Positions 1 to 11,549 of a stretch of DNA of 64,000 nucleotides are shown piece by piece (positions within the stretch are counted from its first letter, which is position 1; every line of letters starts with the position of its first letter). The position numbers and the translations under genes were made by a program. Below the pieces are notes generated by a model, which was not told the DNA's origin, did not search any database, and saw only the letters and a program-made list of their open reading frames with translations. Where the stretch lies: assembly GCA_000320545.1 (NCBI GenBank), contig ADNK01003277.1:1-64000 (forward strand), read 5' to 3'. This DNA is from Bigelowiella natans CCMP2755 (taxonomy: Eukaryota; Protista; Cercozoa).

Positions 1-457
1 GAGCTTAGAACGACATTTGCATGATGATGTATATGCACGCAACCAGGGTTCTAGCACGAGAGATTATATGCCGTAGTTGTATGAAACTAGTCTAGCAACT
101 TGTTAAATAGTGGTAGTGCACAAACAACGCTTACATGTGTAGATGTTTAGATATGCATCACACATGCACTACAAACACTAGCTTTTAGTGCACGCAAGAT
201 ACATAAGACGGATGTAACTAATCAATTAAATTTGTTCAATGGTTATCCTGATGTAGCTGTGCAATATTTGTATATATACACATGTATGTACACATACACA
301 TTGCATGAACACATGCGTCTGTGTCCGCCAACGCTCTAGCGCTCGCTAGCTAGCTAGCTGCAATGTAGGCGCATTTCATTTGCGTCGACTACGGCTCATG
401 CTAGCATGCAGCTTGCACATCATCATGCCACCGTGCAGCGACATTTCCCTCACGTGC

Positions 458-498
458 TTCCAGAAAACATTCTGGAACATTCTGGAACATTCTGGAAC
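458..498. promoter_or_regulatory. Second HSE-like array (TTCTGGAACA)x3 plus TTCCAGAA
   Basis: ttccagaa aaca ttctggaaca ttctggaaca ttctggaac. Confidence 0.6.
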
Positions 499-775
499 AC
501 CGATCTGGTTTCCCATAGTCAGGTCCCCAAATTTAGGAACTTCGATCGACCGTGCTTTTAACTCTTCACCTTGCCCCACCTCTTGTGATGAGGCGAGCTA
601 CGTACACGTCCACGTCCCCCAATGGAGCTCTTCCCTGAGAGACGAAATTGCGGGCTGGGCTCCAAATACTGTTGGCTGGCTGGGTTGCAGCCATGCCAGA
701 TCGAGAAGGAATGCCGAAGAGAATACAGTCTGCCTTCGTGGGTCTGAAGGCATCATACTCTGGTCATAGCGACAT

Positions 776-906
776 TGTTCTTCCACACCTCCACACAGGG
801 AAGGCAGTTTTTTTCTGTCTTATTTATTTTTAATTTCGTAGGTATCTCGTAGTATATAGCCTTATATCTTGTTCTTGTTTTGTAGGTATCCTGTCTTTGT
901 TCCACA
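776..906 (-). repeat. Candidate short (about 131 bp) 3' LTR
   Basis: Minus strand TGTGGAACA...GGAAGAACA directly after PPT-like ATGGGGGCGAA; contains TATA-like (GATATAAGG, TATATACT) and AATAAA. No second copy to confirm it. Confidence 0.5.
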
Positions 907-1139
907 TTCGCCCCCATGATTGTGCAGTGTCTGGAAGACAGACACTGTGCAATTATATAATCCATAGCGTAATTTACATTCGCCCCCATCGGAGCTGTGC
1001 ACATAGCTGTGCATATAGTCCATAGTAAGATACGCAAGGAAAGGTACACACATATAAAGATGTGTGCCATTAAAACCTTGCAGCCTATATGTTCATATGT
1101 TGTAGGTTTCTAGATGGACGTGGGGCTTTTATAGGGCGT

Positions 1140-4100
1140 CTAAGCGGACGTGGGGCCGACAAGGCGAGGGAGCTTGTAAGGTAGAGCCTTTGTTGTTATT
1201 TTTCTTTTTCTGGTGCCTTGTAGCATGATGGTTAGTTTTTCTCTGTATGATATAGGGAACAAGAAATCACAGTGTTTCTTGTTGCTAGGTCCTGGTAGAG
1301 CCTTGGTAAGTATATCAGCGGGATTGTCCTCCCCAGGTATTTTGTTTATGCAGATCTGCTTGGTTTGATAGTTATCACGAACATTGTGATATTCTATCCT
1401 TATGTTCTTGCCTTTCTGTGTGAATCCAGGCTTGGCTGCAATGGAGATAGCTGCTTGAGAGTCACAATACACAGGTACAGGGTTCGGTATTTTCATTTTT
1501 AACTCCTGTAGTAACTGAGTGACATACACTAACTCTCTGCATATATCTGATAATGCTATGTACTCAGCCTCGCCACTGGACATAGCAACGACCTTTTGCT
1601 TGTTGCTCTTCCAGACAACAGGTGCGTTGCTTAGCGATATGAAATATCCTGAATATGATTTACCCGTTTTCTTGCAGGTCTTCCAGGAAGCATCGACGTA
1701 GGCTTTAAGCTCAGGTTTGGACGCTGCTTTAAAGGTAATTCTTTTGTCCTTTGTGTTGACCAGATATTGTAGTAAGCGCACTGCAGCGATGTAGTGTATA
1801 GTTCTAGGATCTTGACTGTAGGAAGCTAGACGAGATAGAGTGTAGCAGATGTCTGGCCTAGTAGCCACCGCTGCATACATTGCTGCTCCTATGATGGATC
1901 TGTATGCCTTCTGATCTACTTTTTCATGTTCCACGTATTCGTCTAACTTTGATCCTGTTATCATTGGTGTTTTTGCTCTTTTCGTAGGCGTGATATCATA
2001 CTTCTGGGCGAGTCTGGTGAGGTAATCTTCCTGCGATATCCAATAGTTTCCCTCATTGTCGCTACCAACTCTTATGCCCAGTGTTTTCTTTAGCTCGCCT
2101 TCATCGCGAAACTCAAACTTGTCGCCTATTCGCTTCATGACAAAGTCCAGGTCTTTCTTATCTTGATATGCTATGCATATGTCATCCACGAAACATGACA
2201 ATATGATGATTCTTCCTTGTCTGTGCATTATCATTAGGCAAGGATCGGAGTAAAGCTGGACGAAGCCAATGGCGTTGAGATGCTCGAGCAAGGTAAGGCT
2301 GAATATTGCACTTGCTTGTGTCAGCCCATAAATGCTTTTATTTACCAGTAGGGCTAGTGGAAGGCCACTGTTGTATAGCCGGATTTCATCAGGTGTCTTC
2401 GGCTTCCACCCTTTAGGTATTTCCATGTATACTTTACAGTCCATCTTTCCAGTTAGGAAAGCTGTAAGTATATCTATCCCGTGTAGTTTTAGCTTGAGGA
2501 TAGATGCTATGGCTAACATTATCCGAAAACTATTTAGGGACAACGTCGGGGAATAAGAGAAGAAGGAGTCTTCTCCCGGGATCTGCGTGAACCCTCGCGC
2601 GACCAGCCTTGACTTATACCGAATGGTATAGTCTACATTTATTTTCTTCTTGAATACCCATTTAGATGTAACGAAATTTGTATCCTTAGGTCGCACTACC
2701 AGCGTAAACGTTCCAAGTTTTCGAAGCTGGTGCAGTTCCTCTTCCGTAGAAGGTATCCAATGCTTCTTATCATCTCCTGTGATTGCATCGTCATACGTCT
2801 TAGGAAGGTCCTCGATCTCATGTACTGATGGAGCTTTTATATTCATCAGGCGGTCGTAATAGCTACCAAGTATTCCGTAACGAATACCAGGTACTCCCCT
2901 ATTTTCTCTATTCGACCTTCGAGGCTTACTTTTTGCTTTTGTTTCAGGCCCACCATCCTCTGGCAACTCGTCAGTTGCACTGGATGGTTCGGGGGCGTCC
3001 GCGTCGGCAGGACCTTCTGGATAAAGGTACGCCAAAGCCGAATCACTAACTTTGTTTCTCTTCAGCGAAGGAAACTTAAACACTGTGTGGTACCATTTAG
3101 TTACACGGACTCTTTTAATTTTCAGCGTCTTCGTGGCGACGAGAAAAGTACCAAATCTATCGTCATATCCCAACATACGTACGTATTCACCTCTAGCACC
3201 CATACCACCTGCAGGTCGGAGTTCCTTGTCAATGTGGTTTACTCCGATGCATCCCCAGGTAGTTAGATTCTTTAGATTTGGTTGCTCATGGTGCAGTAGT
3301 TCTTTAGGCGTTTTTCTACCAGGTGTGCTGCGATGTGAGGTGACGTTGTGGAGATATGCTGCAGTCTGAGCTGCGTAGGACCAGTATCCGACCGGTAAGC
3401 GTGCATGTTCTAACATAGCTCTTGTTTTCGCCATGATAGTCTGTATGTGACGCTCGGACATTCCATTTTGCTCAGGTGTTCGGGCGGTGCTAGGAACCCA
3501 TTTTATTCCTTCGGAGGTGAGCCAGCTATGTAGCTTTGCGCTCATATATTCACCTCCACCATCCGATCTGAATTCGTCTATGCTTCCACAACCTGGAAGC
3601 TTTCTGATGTGCTTTATGAACTGTATGGTTTTCTGCGTAACTTCGCTTTTCTTTCTCAAGAGCTCCAAGGTAACCCACCTTGTTCCTTCATGTACGAATA
3701 TTACGAAATACTTGTAACCATCCATGCTGTTAGGCATGGTCTTTACATCAGAGTGAATTCTATTCCACATCCGGTTTTTCTTGTGGATAACAGGTACACA
3801 TTTTTGTTTCTTTTTGACAGCATCGTTCTCAATCTTTGCTTTATTCCGATGCTGTTTCATCCTTTCTTGGGCGCTTAGATCAAAGATCGGAGATCTTTTT
3901 GTTTTGGCTACATCACAGGCCTTGCAAAAGATCTTCTTTGGTATCTTTATCATCTTGGAATAAGGTAGACCTTCTGTAACTGCATAGGTGTCTCTTATCT
4001 TATCCGTTGCGATGTGCCCTAGGATGTTATGTGCGTGCTTGATTGGAGATGGCTGCTTCATAGGGTAGGATTTAAATCTTTGTGTATTTGTACTTTTGTT

Positions 4101-5583
4101 TATTTGTTTATATCTCAAATAAAATAGGCCGTCGTCTTGAAAGTCTCCGAACGCGTATTCCTCTCCGTTGGCGGTAATGCTTATTCCTTGTTTTGTCCCT
4201 TTGTACTCGCTGCCACTCTTGACTAGTCTGTTTAGAGAGATCACATTGCCTGCAGCTTCTTCAGAGTACAAAGCTCCTTGTAGAACAATTTTGTGCATCT
4301 TTCCTTGCTTGTTTTTTGTAGTTAGTTTGACGTCGCCTGCATAATTCACAAAGAATCCTGTCCCATCTTTGCCAACTTCTATGTATCGTGGTTGAATAGG
4401 TTTCAACTCGTTGAAGAAGTCGCGGTCGCAGAAGAAGTGGTTGTTGGCTCCGCTGTCGAGAAGGATCAAAGGCTTATGGTTGTACTTCAGCGTTTGCAGG
4501 TAAGAATTGTCGCGTGCCATCTTATTAATGTAAGAGGGTCTTTGGGAAGGGGAGCCATGATCAATAAAAGAATAGTGTTTTCCTTTGTTCTGCTTGCCTT
4601 CATCTCTCATCTTGTTTCTGCATTCCTTTTCCCAATGTCCTTTCTTGCCACAGTAATGGCATTTTGTTCTTTTCTTTAAGTTCAAGAAATAGTCTTCTCT
4701 CTTTTGCTTCTTGGAATTGTCTTGATATGCTTCGCTGTTGTATCTGTTCTTTCCCTTTTTGAATTTCCTCTTGTAGGTCTTCAGCTGACCTGTAAGTTCG
4801 TTTAGCCTTTTCTCCAAGCCATCGTACATCTTCACGTATTTGTGTTCTGCACTGGTGTGTCCTGCATGTTTCTTTGAAGGTCTCTGCCCGTCATCTAATG
4901 ATCGGGAGTTTATGTGGGAGCGGATCATGTCCACTGCAGAGTCGAAGGTAACATCTTTCTTGTTGTTGATGACTGTAACTATAGTCTCGTATTTTTCGCT
5001 AGGTACAAGTCCTCGAAGTAGAGTGGCAAGCGCTTGGTTGTCGGAGTACCCTTCGTGCTGTGCCCGAAGTCTTCTGATCGTCGAGTCAAGGTCAGAATGA
5101 TACTTTGTGAAGTCTCCATTGTACTGACCCATGTTTATATCACTTAGTTTCGAATAAAGTTTCCTGACGGCTACAGGATTGGTAGGCTCGTACTTCTCCA
5201 GCAAGGCTGCTAAGGTAACTGCTACGTCTTTGGGTTTTCCTTCGAGTAGATCGAAGAATTTGTCAGGAAGGGTAGCAGTGAGGAAGAATCTTCCTCTCTT
5301 TCTTTTGTTTATCTTTTCTTGTGATCCTCTTCCTTCAGGTTTGGGATTGAGGATATCGAATTGCTCCGGGGATAGCTTGAGTACTTCTCGTCGGTGAGCG
5401 GGGTCGGTGCGTACATTGACTTCTGTCACCTTTCCTTCTATTTCTATGTTGACATTGAAGCATGATTCCAAATCCGCTGCTTCAAAGGCAGACATTAGCT
5501 TGTACATGTAGGGCTTGTAGTTGCTACCATCGTACTTGAGGGTGAAGTTTTTTTAGTAGGGAGTCTATCTGCTTTTCTGACAT
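1140..5583 (-). CDS. Copia Gag-Pol polyprotein (gag, zinc knuckle, protease, integrase, RT, RNase H); one extra A near the 5' end
   Basis: CHYCGKKGHWEKEC knuckle; LLDSGAN protease; HAHNILGH...CKAC and IHSD/RSDGGGEY/NGMSER integrase; SKWVFKKK, YKSRLVARGFTQ, FVDD RT; YVDASW/AEY/CDSQ/NPADILTK RNase H. ORF 1140-5507 is open. ATG 5583 (MSEKQIDSLLK) joins NFTLKYDGSNYKPYMYKL if one base of the 7-nt run 5548-5554 is removed. Confidence 0.95.
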
Positions 5584-5755
5584 GTTGTTTCGTTCCTATT
5601 TTCTTTGTTTTTCAGTGCTTTGGAGGCTTGACCGAAGATTGGCTGAGGGAATGCTGTTGTCGCTTTCAGTTCCTTCTTCTGGAAGGATGTAGCTGAAGGG
5701 GGGTGGGGGGTTGCTTGGTTCTTTTCTGAGTTGGTTCTCTAGCAAGTCCTCTTGA

Positions 5756-5766
5756 GGCTCATGACC
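5756..5766 (-). promoter_or_regulatory. Primer-binding site, half-tRNA(iMet) type
   Basis: GGTCATGAGCC, one mismatch from the GGTTATGAGCC/GGTTATGGGCC PBS of Ty5/copia-type elements, about 170 nt upstream of the gag ATG. Confidence 0.7.
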
Positions 5767-6860
5767 TTTTAGCGGGCTTGCGGTAGCTGCTTAGCTTTTG
5801 TGCGCGGGACTGTGCTGATGTCACTGAGTGTCAACACGCGGTCCTGTGTGCGTTTGAATTGTGTTGATGACTTGTGACTTGCGCTGCATGCATGTGCGCA
5901 TTGGGTTCCGGCGCATTCGCGAAGATTCTCGAATCTTCCAGAATTCTCTCGAATCTTCCGGAATGTTCTCGAAGCTTCTGGAAGATTCTCGAAGCTTCTC
6001 GAAGATTCCCGAAGTTCTGAGAACTTCCATGCGCATGTGCGCAGCGCAGCGTGCAGCACGAGTGGACGTGCGCATGCTGCGACAGCTCCTTGATCGTGGG
6101 TGGCGCGGCCAGACCGCTGACATCGTTGCCTGGAAGAGAGTGGCCGTCCCGCCTGGTTGACAGGGGGGCCCAGGGAGCACCACGACGCCTGCTAGCCTGC
6201 CAGACTCAAGGAACGTCGCTCGACCACAATGATCATCACCAGATCCAGAGATCACTGGATCAAGTGAAGTTTCGAAGCCAGCATCAAACGCCACGCACGT
6301 TGCTCACACTCGCATCGTGCTCACTTTCATTTTGTGCGGGGTTCGACACGACGCACGCCAGCACGCGACGCGTCGCAACGTGCCAACCCCCTTGACAACA
6401 CCACTTGCAGTTCCAAGTGAGCTGATGCGCTTCCTGGCTGGCACAACCAGGCGAAACCTGGGTACATGGGACCTTGATCGACGATGCGACGGTTTCGCAC
6501 GCGCGTTTATTTCCTGCGCAATGAGCACTGAAGCAATGCGAAGTCTAGCGCAGCTAGCAGCATCCAAGATCGATCTAGCTCGTGCGATGTTCATCATGCG
6601 CACGCGTGCTGCACACAATCGTCGTCGTCCGAAATGCCTCATAGTCTTCTAACCTTGTCGTTGCGCAGTTTGGGTGCAACGACTGAGCGACTGCCCTGTA
6701 GTGATGCGATGATGGCGGTGCAAACATCACACTTTGCAAGTCCATTTGCATGCAGCTGCAGTCCAGCTAGCATCTGCAGCACATCTATGGTCACGGTCTA
6801 GACGGTGTAACAATGGACATGCACAACATCATTAGCAGCAACGCTGCGTTGCCTGAACAG
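5767..6860. other. Palindrome-rich island 1 (similar composition at 1-457), holding the copia element
   Basis: Dense TGCA/CATG/GCGC/CTAG, no microsatellites, lies 3' of V-ATPase G. Confidence 0.65.
5915..6028. promoter_or_regulatory. Long heat-shock-element-like array (nGAAnnTTCn)n
   Basis: GAA at exact 10-bp spacing from 5921 to 6021, with TTC 5 bp later in most units; spacer bases vary. Confidence 0.75.
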
Positions 6861-7029
6861 ATAGAGATGATTCCTCCTTTAGCGTTCTAAATTTTTCGAT
6901 TCCCCAAGAAGAGAATCTTTATTCTTGATTATTTTCCACATGGTGACCCTATCTTTACCTACCCCATCTTATCACTGGTAATTCTTGATTAGCTACCCCT
7001 GACCGTGGTACTTACGATTAAGACCGATT

Positions 7030-7726
7030 TTACGACACAGATTGAATAGCTTTCTGTTGGAAGGCTTGCACATTCTCTTTGGTTGCTTTAGGGTTCACTT
7101 TCGTCACGAAGTGAAGAATAAGGCCTAGCGAATCATTCATTTTCTCTCCAGCCTTCTTTTTTAGTTCGGCCAGCTTCTTATCCGTCTCCTCTTTCAGCTT
7201 CTGCCTCAGTGAGTCATGCCCCTCTTTGTTTTCCTACAGAATATGGTTAATTTTAGTAAATGCATCCCTTTGTGTAGCTATTGAACTTGAGCTGTTATCT
7301 CTCACCGAGGTTCCAAGAATGTCAGCTTGCAGCTGTTTTTTTATTGTTTCTAGTTCCTTATTCGCCTGCGCTTCTGCTTGCTGCTTCTGGACACGTCTCT
7401 CTGATAAGCAAGTTAATCAGACTCAATTTTTTGTGGTCTAAGACAAATTACTTTCGTATGCCTCATTGATAATATCTTGCGCCTTCTTGTCGGCAGCGCG
7501 AAGGTCGCTCAGGTACGCCCCCTACCAATTTAGGCACATCTATTAATTTGTTGACTGCGATTCTCTCTTTTTACCGATTGTTTTTTAATCGGATAAGTGT
7601 TGTCGACAAAATAGCGATCGTAATGTTCACAATGTTTATCATCCACAATCCGGAACTGGGTATTCTCTCGCTCTGCCCTCTCTTATGCCTCTCTGAGGGG
7701 GGATGGTCGCGCACCTGCTTGGACAT
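7030..7726 (-). CDS. VMA10: V-type H+-ATPase subunit G (4 exons; missed by ORF track)
   Basis: Spliced by eye: MSKQ|GAYLSDLRAADKKAQDIINEAYE|RRVQKQQAEAQANKELETIKKQLQ...|ENKEGHDSLRQKLKEETDKKLAELKKKAGEKMNDSLGLILHFVTKV...*; length and charged helical pattern match subunit G. Confidence 0.75.
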
Positions 7727-8059
7727 GCTGATTGAATTTAAGACTAAATTTCTGATATCCTCTTAGAATCATCAGTAATTTCTACTATGCGACATATTAT
7801 TTATATCCATTCAGCTACATAACATTCTCCAATTCTACATCATTCTTGCGAACCTTCCATACTAAGAACGCCAACGAGGGCTGCCAATACTCCCAAATCA
7901 GTGCCGTCTTGTCGCATTTTTCGTAACATTTTACAAAGATATATTTTTCGTCAGGTTGACATTTTTGTGCAGAATTTTACTATGTTTTATTTGAACGACA
8001 ACATATATCGACTAATATGAAATCTGGATCCATAGGACCTAAAAATCCATGATATTTTG

Positions 8060-9515
8060 ATGAAGAATTATGTTGATAATGTTGTCGTATTTGAAAACCA
8101 CCACTGCCACTGTTCTCAGTCCACGAACCGGCCGGCCAACAAGAAACCGGTTCTTAGCAACCGAAGGAGAACGTGGTGGAGTCGAAATTCAAAGACTCTT
8201 TCTTTCGTCGTTCATTCTCAAAAAGAATAATCGTTCGGGCTTGTTACTTGACCCTTCTTTATATTGATGCAAGTGGTAAGTATTGATCCTCGTGAAGTAG
8301 TAGTTTGAGCGAGCCTTCTCTTTTTTGTTTAATGCTCGAACGTCGTCTTACTGTGTTGTTACCCAGAGAAATATAAAGCCGAGAGGACGATCTCGAGCTA
8401 AAGGGAGGGAAGGAATAGAAAAGCAGCGTCTTGCGGAACGAAGGTCTACTTATTTTTTGAAATGTGAATATTTTAAATTCTCTGATTATTCATTGACTAA
8501 ATGGCTGCCTGAAAATATATCAGAACAAACCACACTCGCCATGACCCGAAAGTTATAATGAAACCGTTTTCTATTGGCGGATCTACACCTTTGTATATGC
8601 CAGGTATATTTAGCACATCCAATCTTCGTAGGCATGTCATTATTGGGGAAGTTACATACCTAATCTCCATTCTACATTCTTAGAAAATCAACGCTTCATC
8701 ACCATGGGGGCAGCTCACGAAGAGAAATCAAGGAGGGATGTACTTGTCACGAAAAAAAGAGATATTTTATCATCGAAAAGGTAAAAATAAATCAGATCAT
8801 TCTGCTCTGTGCCTACTTTTTGCTAGTCTGGGCTGTATTTCCAATTGACCTCATTTTGACCGATAATTTCAGATCGGAGAATATTAGCAGAGAACGAAGT
8901 AGATGGCAACATGAAGAGCGAAAATACGTCGCCTCGGATGCCAGAATGAAAATGTTTAGGTTTGTCTGCAATAAGTCGAACATATCCGATGTTTATTAAC
9001 CGATAGAGCGAGAGGCTGAGGAACACAGAATAATTCATTAATAACAATTCACTCTCCAGGGAAACTGGTAAAAAAGCAATGAGGAATAAATCAAGTGTCC
9101 CATTTGATCCTGTGAATCATAGGTATGAAAGATTACAAACTGATATACCAATCCAAGTTGTTTTTTACTTATGCGTCATTTTCTGTGGAAGGTTCAAAGA
9201 CGGACTAGATGCACAGAGGATGGTCCACATGGAGAACAACTTCAAATATCGGGCAGAAGTTAGGAAGGATCGGCTGTACTCAAAAGCCAATGGGTGATTA
9301 TCTTTTTCTCAGAACACAAAATCTAAAAGATAAATGCTACTTTCATTTTTCAGATTCGGGCAACACTTGCAAATATGTATTCCCTAATTTTTATTTTGGT
9401 GTGCAGGCGATTTAACCCTATCACAGGCGTCGAAAAAATAAAAAATCCTGTGAGGCAACGTCCTGTGACTCCACCAAATCTGAAGCACATACCGAAGTGG
9501 AAACGAAATTGCTAA
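8060..9515 (+). CDS. Hypothetical basic multi-exon protein (start uncertain)
   Basis: GT-AG-bounded exons, e.g. SENISRERSRWQHEERK, MRNKSSVPFDPVNHR, FKYRAEVRKDRLYSK, RFNPITGVEKIKNPVRQRPVTPPNLKHIPKWKRNC*. Confidence 0.5.
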
Positions 9516-9559
9516 ACAAAACGAAGATCAAGTTAATGTTTACCGTTGCCAATTAGTGG

Positions 9560-10200
9560 TGACATTAGTGGGTATCATTCAACCTTCTAGGTTAGTACGA
9601 TGCAGCATCATGCATAGATGTGCGTGCTGCAAGTTTCTAAGTCGCATAGCACAGAATCAAATGTTGATTTACATCTCGTACAATATGTCCCCCGGGTGCT
9701 TGGGAGCACACATAGGTTGGCAACAGAAGAATAGAAGCTGTACGTGTCATTGTGCTAGCGCGCGTGTAATAACACGTACTAGCGTGCGTTACATGCATAG
9801 AACATGCAATCGTATCGCCGTGTGTGCTTCATATCTCGTGTACGTATATACGTGGGATGGGTGCCAAGCTAGCTAGCTATAGCAAGCCCTATGTCTAGCT
9901 ATGTGTGGACACAACTACTAGACGACATGATGCGTCCGCTCCATTATTAGTCTAGCTAGCGCTGACATAGTCCATTAGTGTGTGCATTTCTATGCACACA
10001 GTGTGTACAATGTCTCATTCATTGTTTAGCTGTCATATTGCAACGATTGTGTCCATTTCACATAGCTCATTGTCATAAGCTCGGCTCTTATTGTAGCTAG
10101 CATAGCGTAACGGGCGTAGGTACGCCTAGATAGACATGTGTATGCAATTGAAATTCCAATCGAAGACGAAGGCAATTGATCTGAAAATTCCAAGTGGTTG
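9560..10200. other. Palindrome-rich island 2 at convergent junction
   Basis: e.g. gctagctagctatagc, catgcatag. Confidence 0.7.
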
Positions 10201-10259
10201 CAGTGGTGATGTTTATTTATTGCCGCATACTTATACACGACTAAATATGTGAATACGAT

Positions 10260-11436
10260 TCATTTAATTTCGTAGTTCTGTCGGCACATTGGTAGATCTG
10301 CTGCCACTGCGTGTAATTGGTCAATCTCTGCACTTGTTTTTAATGTTTGGCTATATCTGTGATCACTTTGTACTTTTTCTTTGTGTGCGCCATAGGAATC
10401 GATACACCTTTCGAGACCCGAGGACATGCTTCCACCTGATTCTTCCCCTGATGATGAGTCTTCGTCAGAATGCCTAATATTCTTTGCTGCTGGATCATGG
10501 TTTTCATCTATTGGAGAAAGAGTATTTATCCCTCCAAGCTTGCGAGAGAGATTCCGAAAATTATTGTTAGCCTCTTTGACAGTTGTTGTTATCTCATTTG
10601 ACATCTCTGGTAGGTTATTTTTGGTTGATGATTTCCCTTCTGAGTTTGAAGCTCTCTTTCTTGAAAATTCCTCTTGATTATTCAGTTCATTATATTTCTC
10701 AGTTTTCTTGCTTTGATCACCGTTGAATTCCCCTGGTTCCTCGTTTGTACCCTTCTCATTATAATGAACGTTCTCTGTTCTATCTTTCACCTCTCTAAGT
10801 GCAACATTCGAAATTTTCTCTTTCTCGGCGCTTAACGAATAACTGTCTTTACTCGGTTGATCAATCTTCTCATCCTCAGATACAACTTCCATGTTGACTG
10901 CGTGATTATGTTCTTTCGGTCTTGTATTAATCTCACCCCCCCCCCCTAACTCCACAAAATCGGACTCCATTGCTTTGTGTATCCCGGTGGTCCTGTGCGA
11001 GACTACATAGCAAGTACCCCATTACGGAAACAAAACACAACAAACATTAACGTATATATGCGTGTGTATTAATACCATAGACATAGCAAACCTTTTGTTG
11101 GAGGCTGTGAATTTATCTTATCGCTGAGAAGATCCGATTTTCCATCCTCAGAAGTAGCAGCTGCGGTGTGTGTCTGGATCGATGCAGTTTTCACACAAGA
11201 TTTATTATTCTCCACGGTTTGCGCAGAATTATTCACTACGTATTTGTTCGCCTTCGGGTGCCTAAACATTCCAACAACTTGTCTGAGATTCAACTTTTCT
11301 ACCAAAAGTAGTCGGTTTAACAAGAAAAATATCACGCTAATATCTATGTCACTCTCCCTACTCACACAGGTTTCGGACGGCCAGAGTTACTTCGGACATT
11401 ATCTCCTTCGCTCTCGGAAGAGCAGCAAACCCCCAT
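10260..11436 (-). CDS. Low-complexity hydrophilic protein with predicted N-myristoylation/palmitoylation (MGVCCS)
   Basis: Exon 1 MGVCCSSESEGDNVRSNSGRPKP from ATG 11436; downstream exons match ORFs 11069-11365 and 10260-10970. Confidence 0.6.
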
Positions 11437-11549
11437 GACCACTTGGAGCTTAGCTTCTCACTCTTCGAACGATTACAGCGTGTTCAATTCTTTTGGGTGC
11501 AAATAGCTTTCCAGTAAATACTACTTGGAGATATCTACGAATAGGTTGG

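Larger units (their letters stand above)
776..5766 (-). mobile_element. Ty1/copia LTR retrotransposon (PBS to candidate 3' LTR; no matching 5' LTR found)
   Basis: Gag-pol ORF with copia domain order, PBS at 5756-5766, PPT-like GGGGGCGAA followed by a TG...CA segment at 776-906. Confidence 0.92.

Noticed and set aside
5548-5554. Programmed -1 frameshift at an A-run
   Set aside because: Reaching the gag frame needs +1, not -1; copia gag-pol is normally one frame.
5769-6294. ORFs with RESSRSFEN/LLEDSRS repeats
   Set aside because: Translations of the 10-bp GAAnnTTC array, not plausible proteins.
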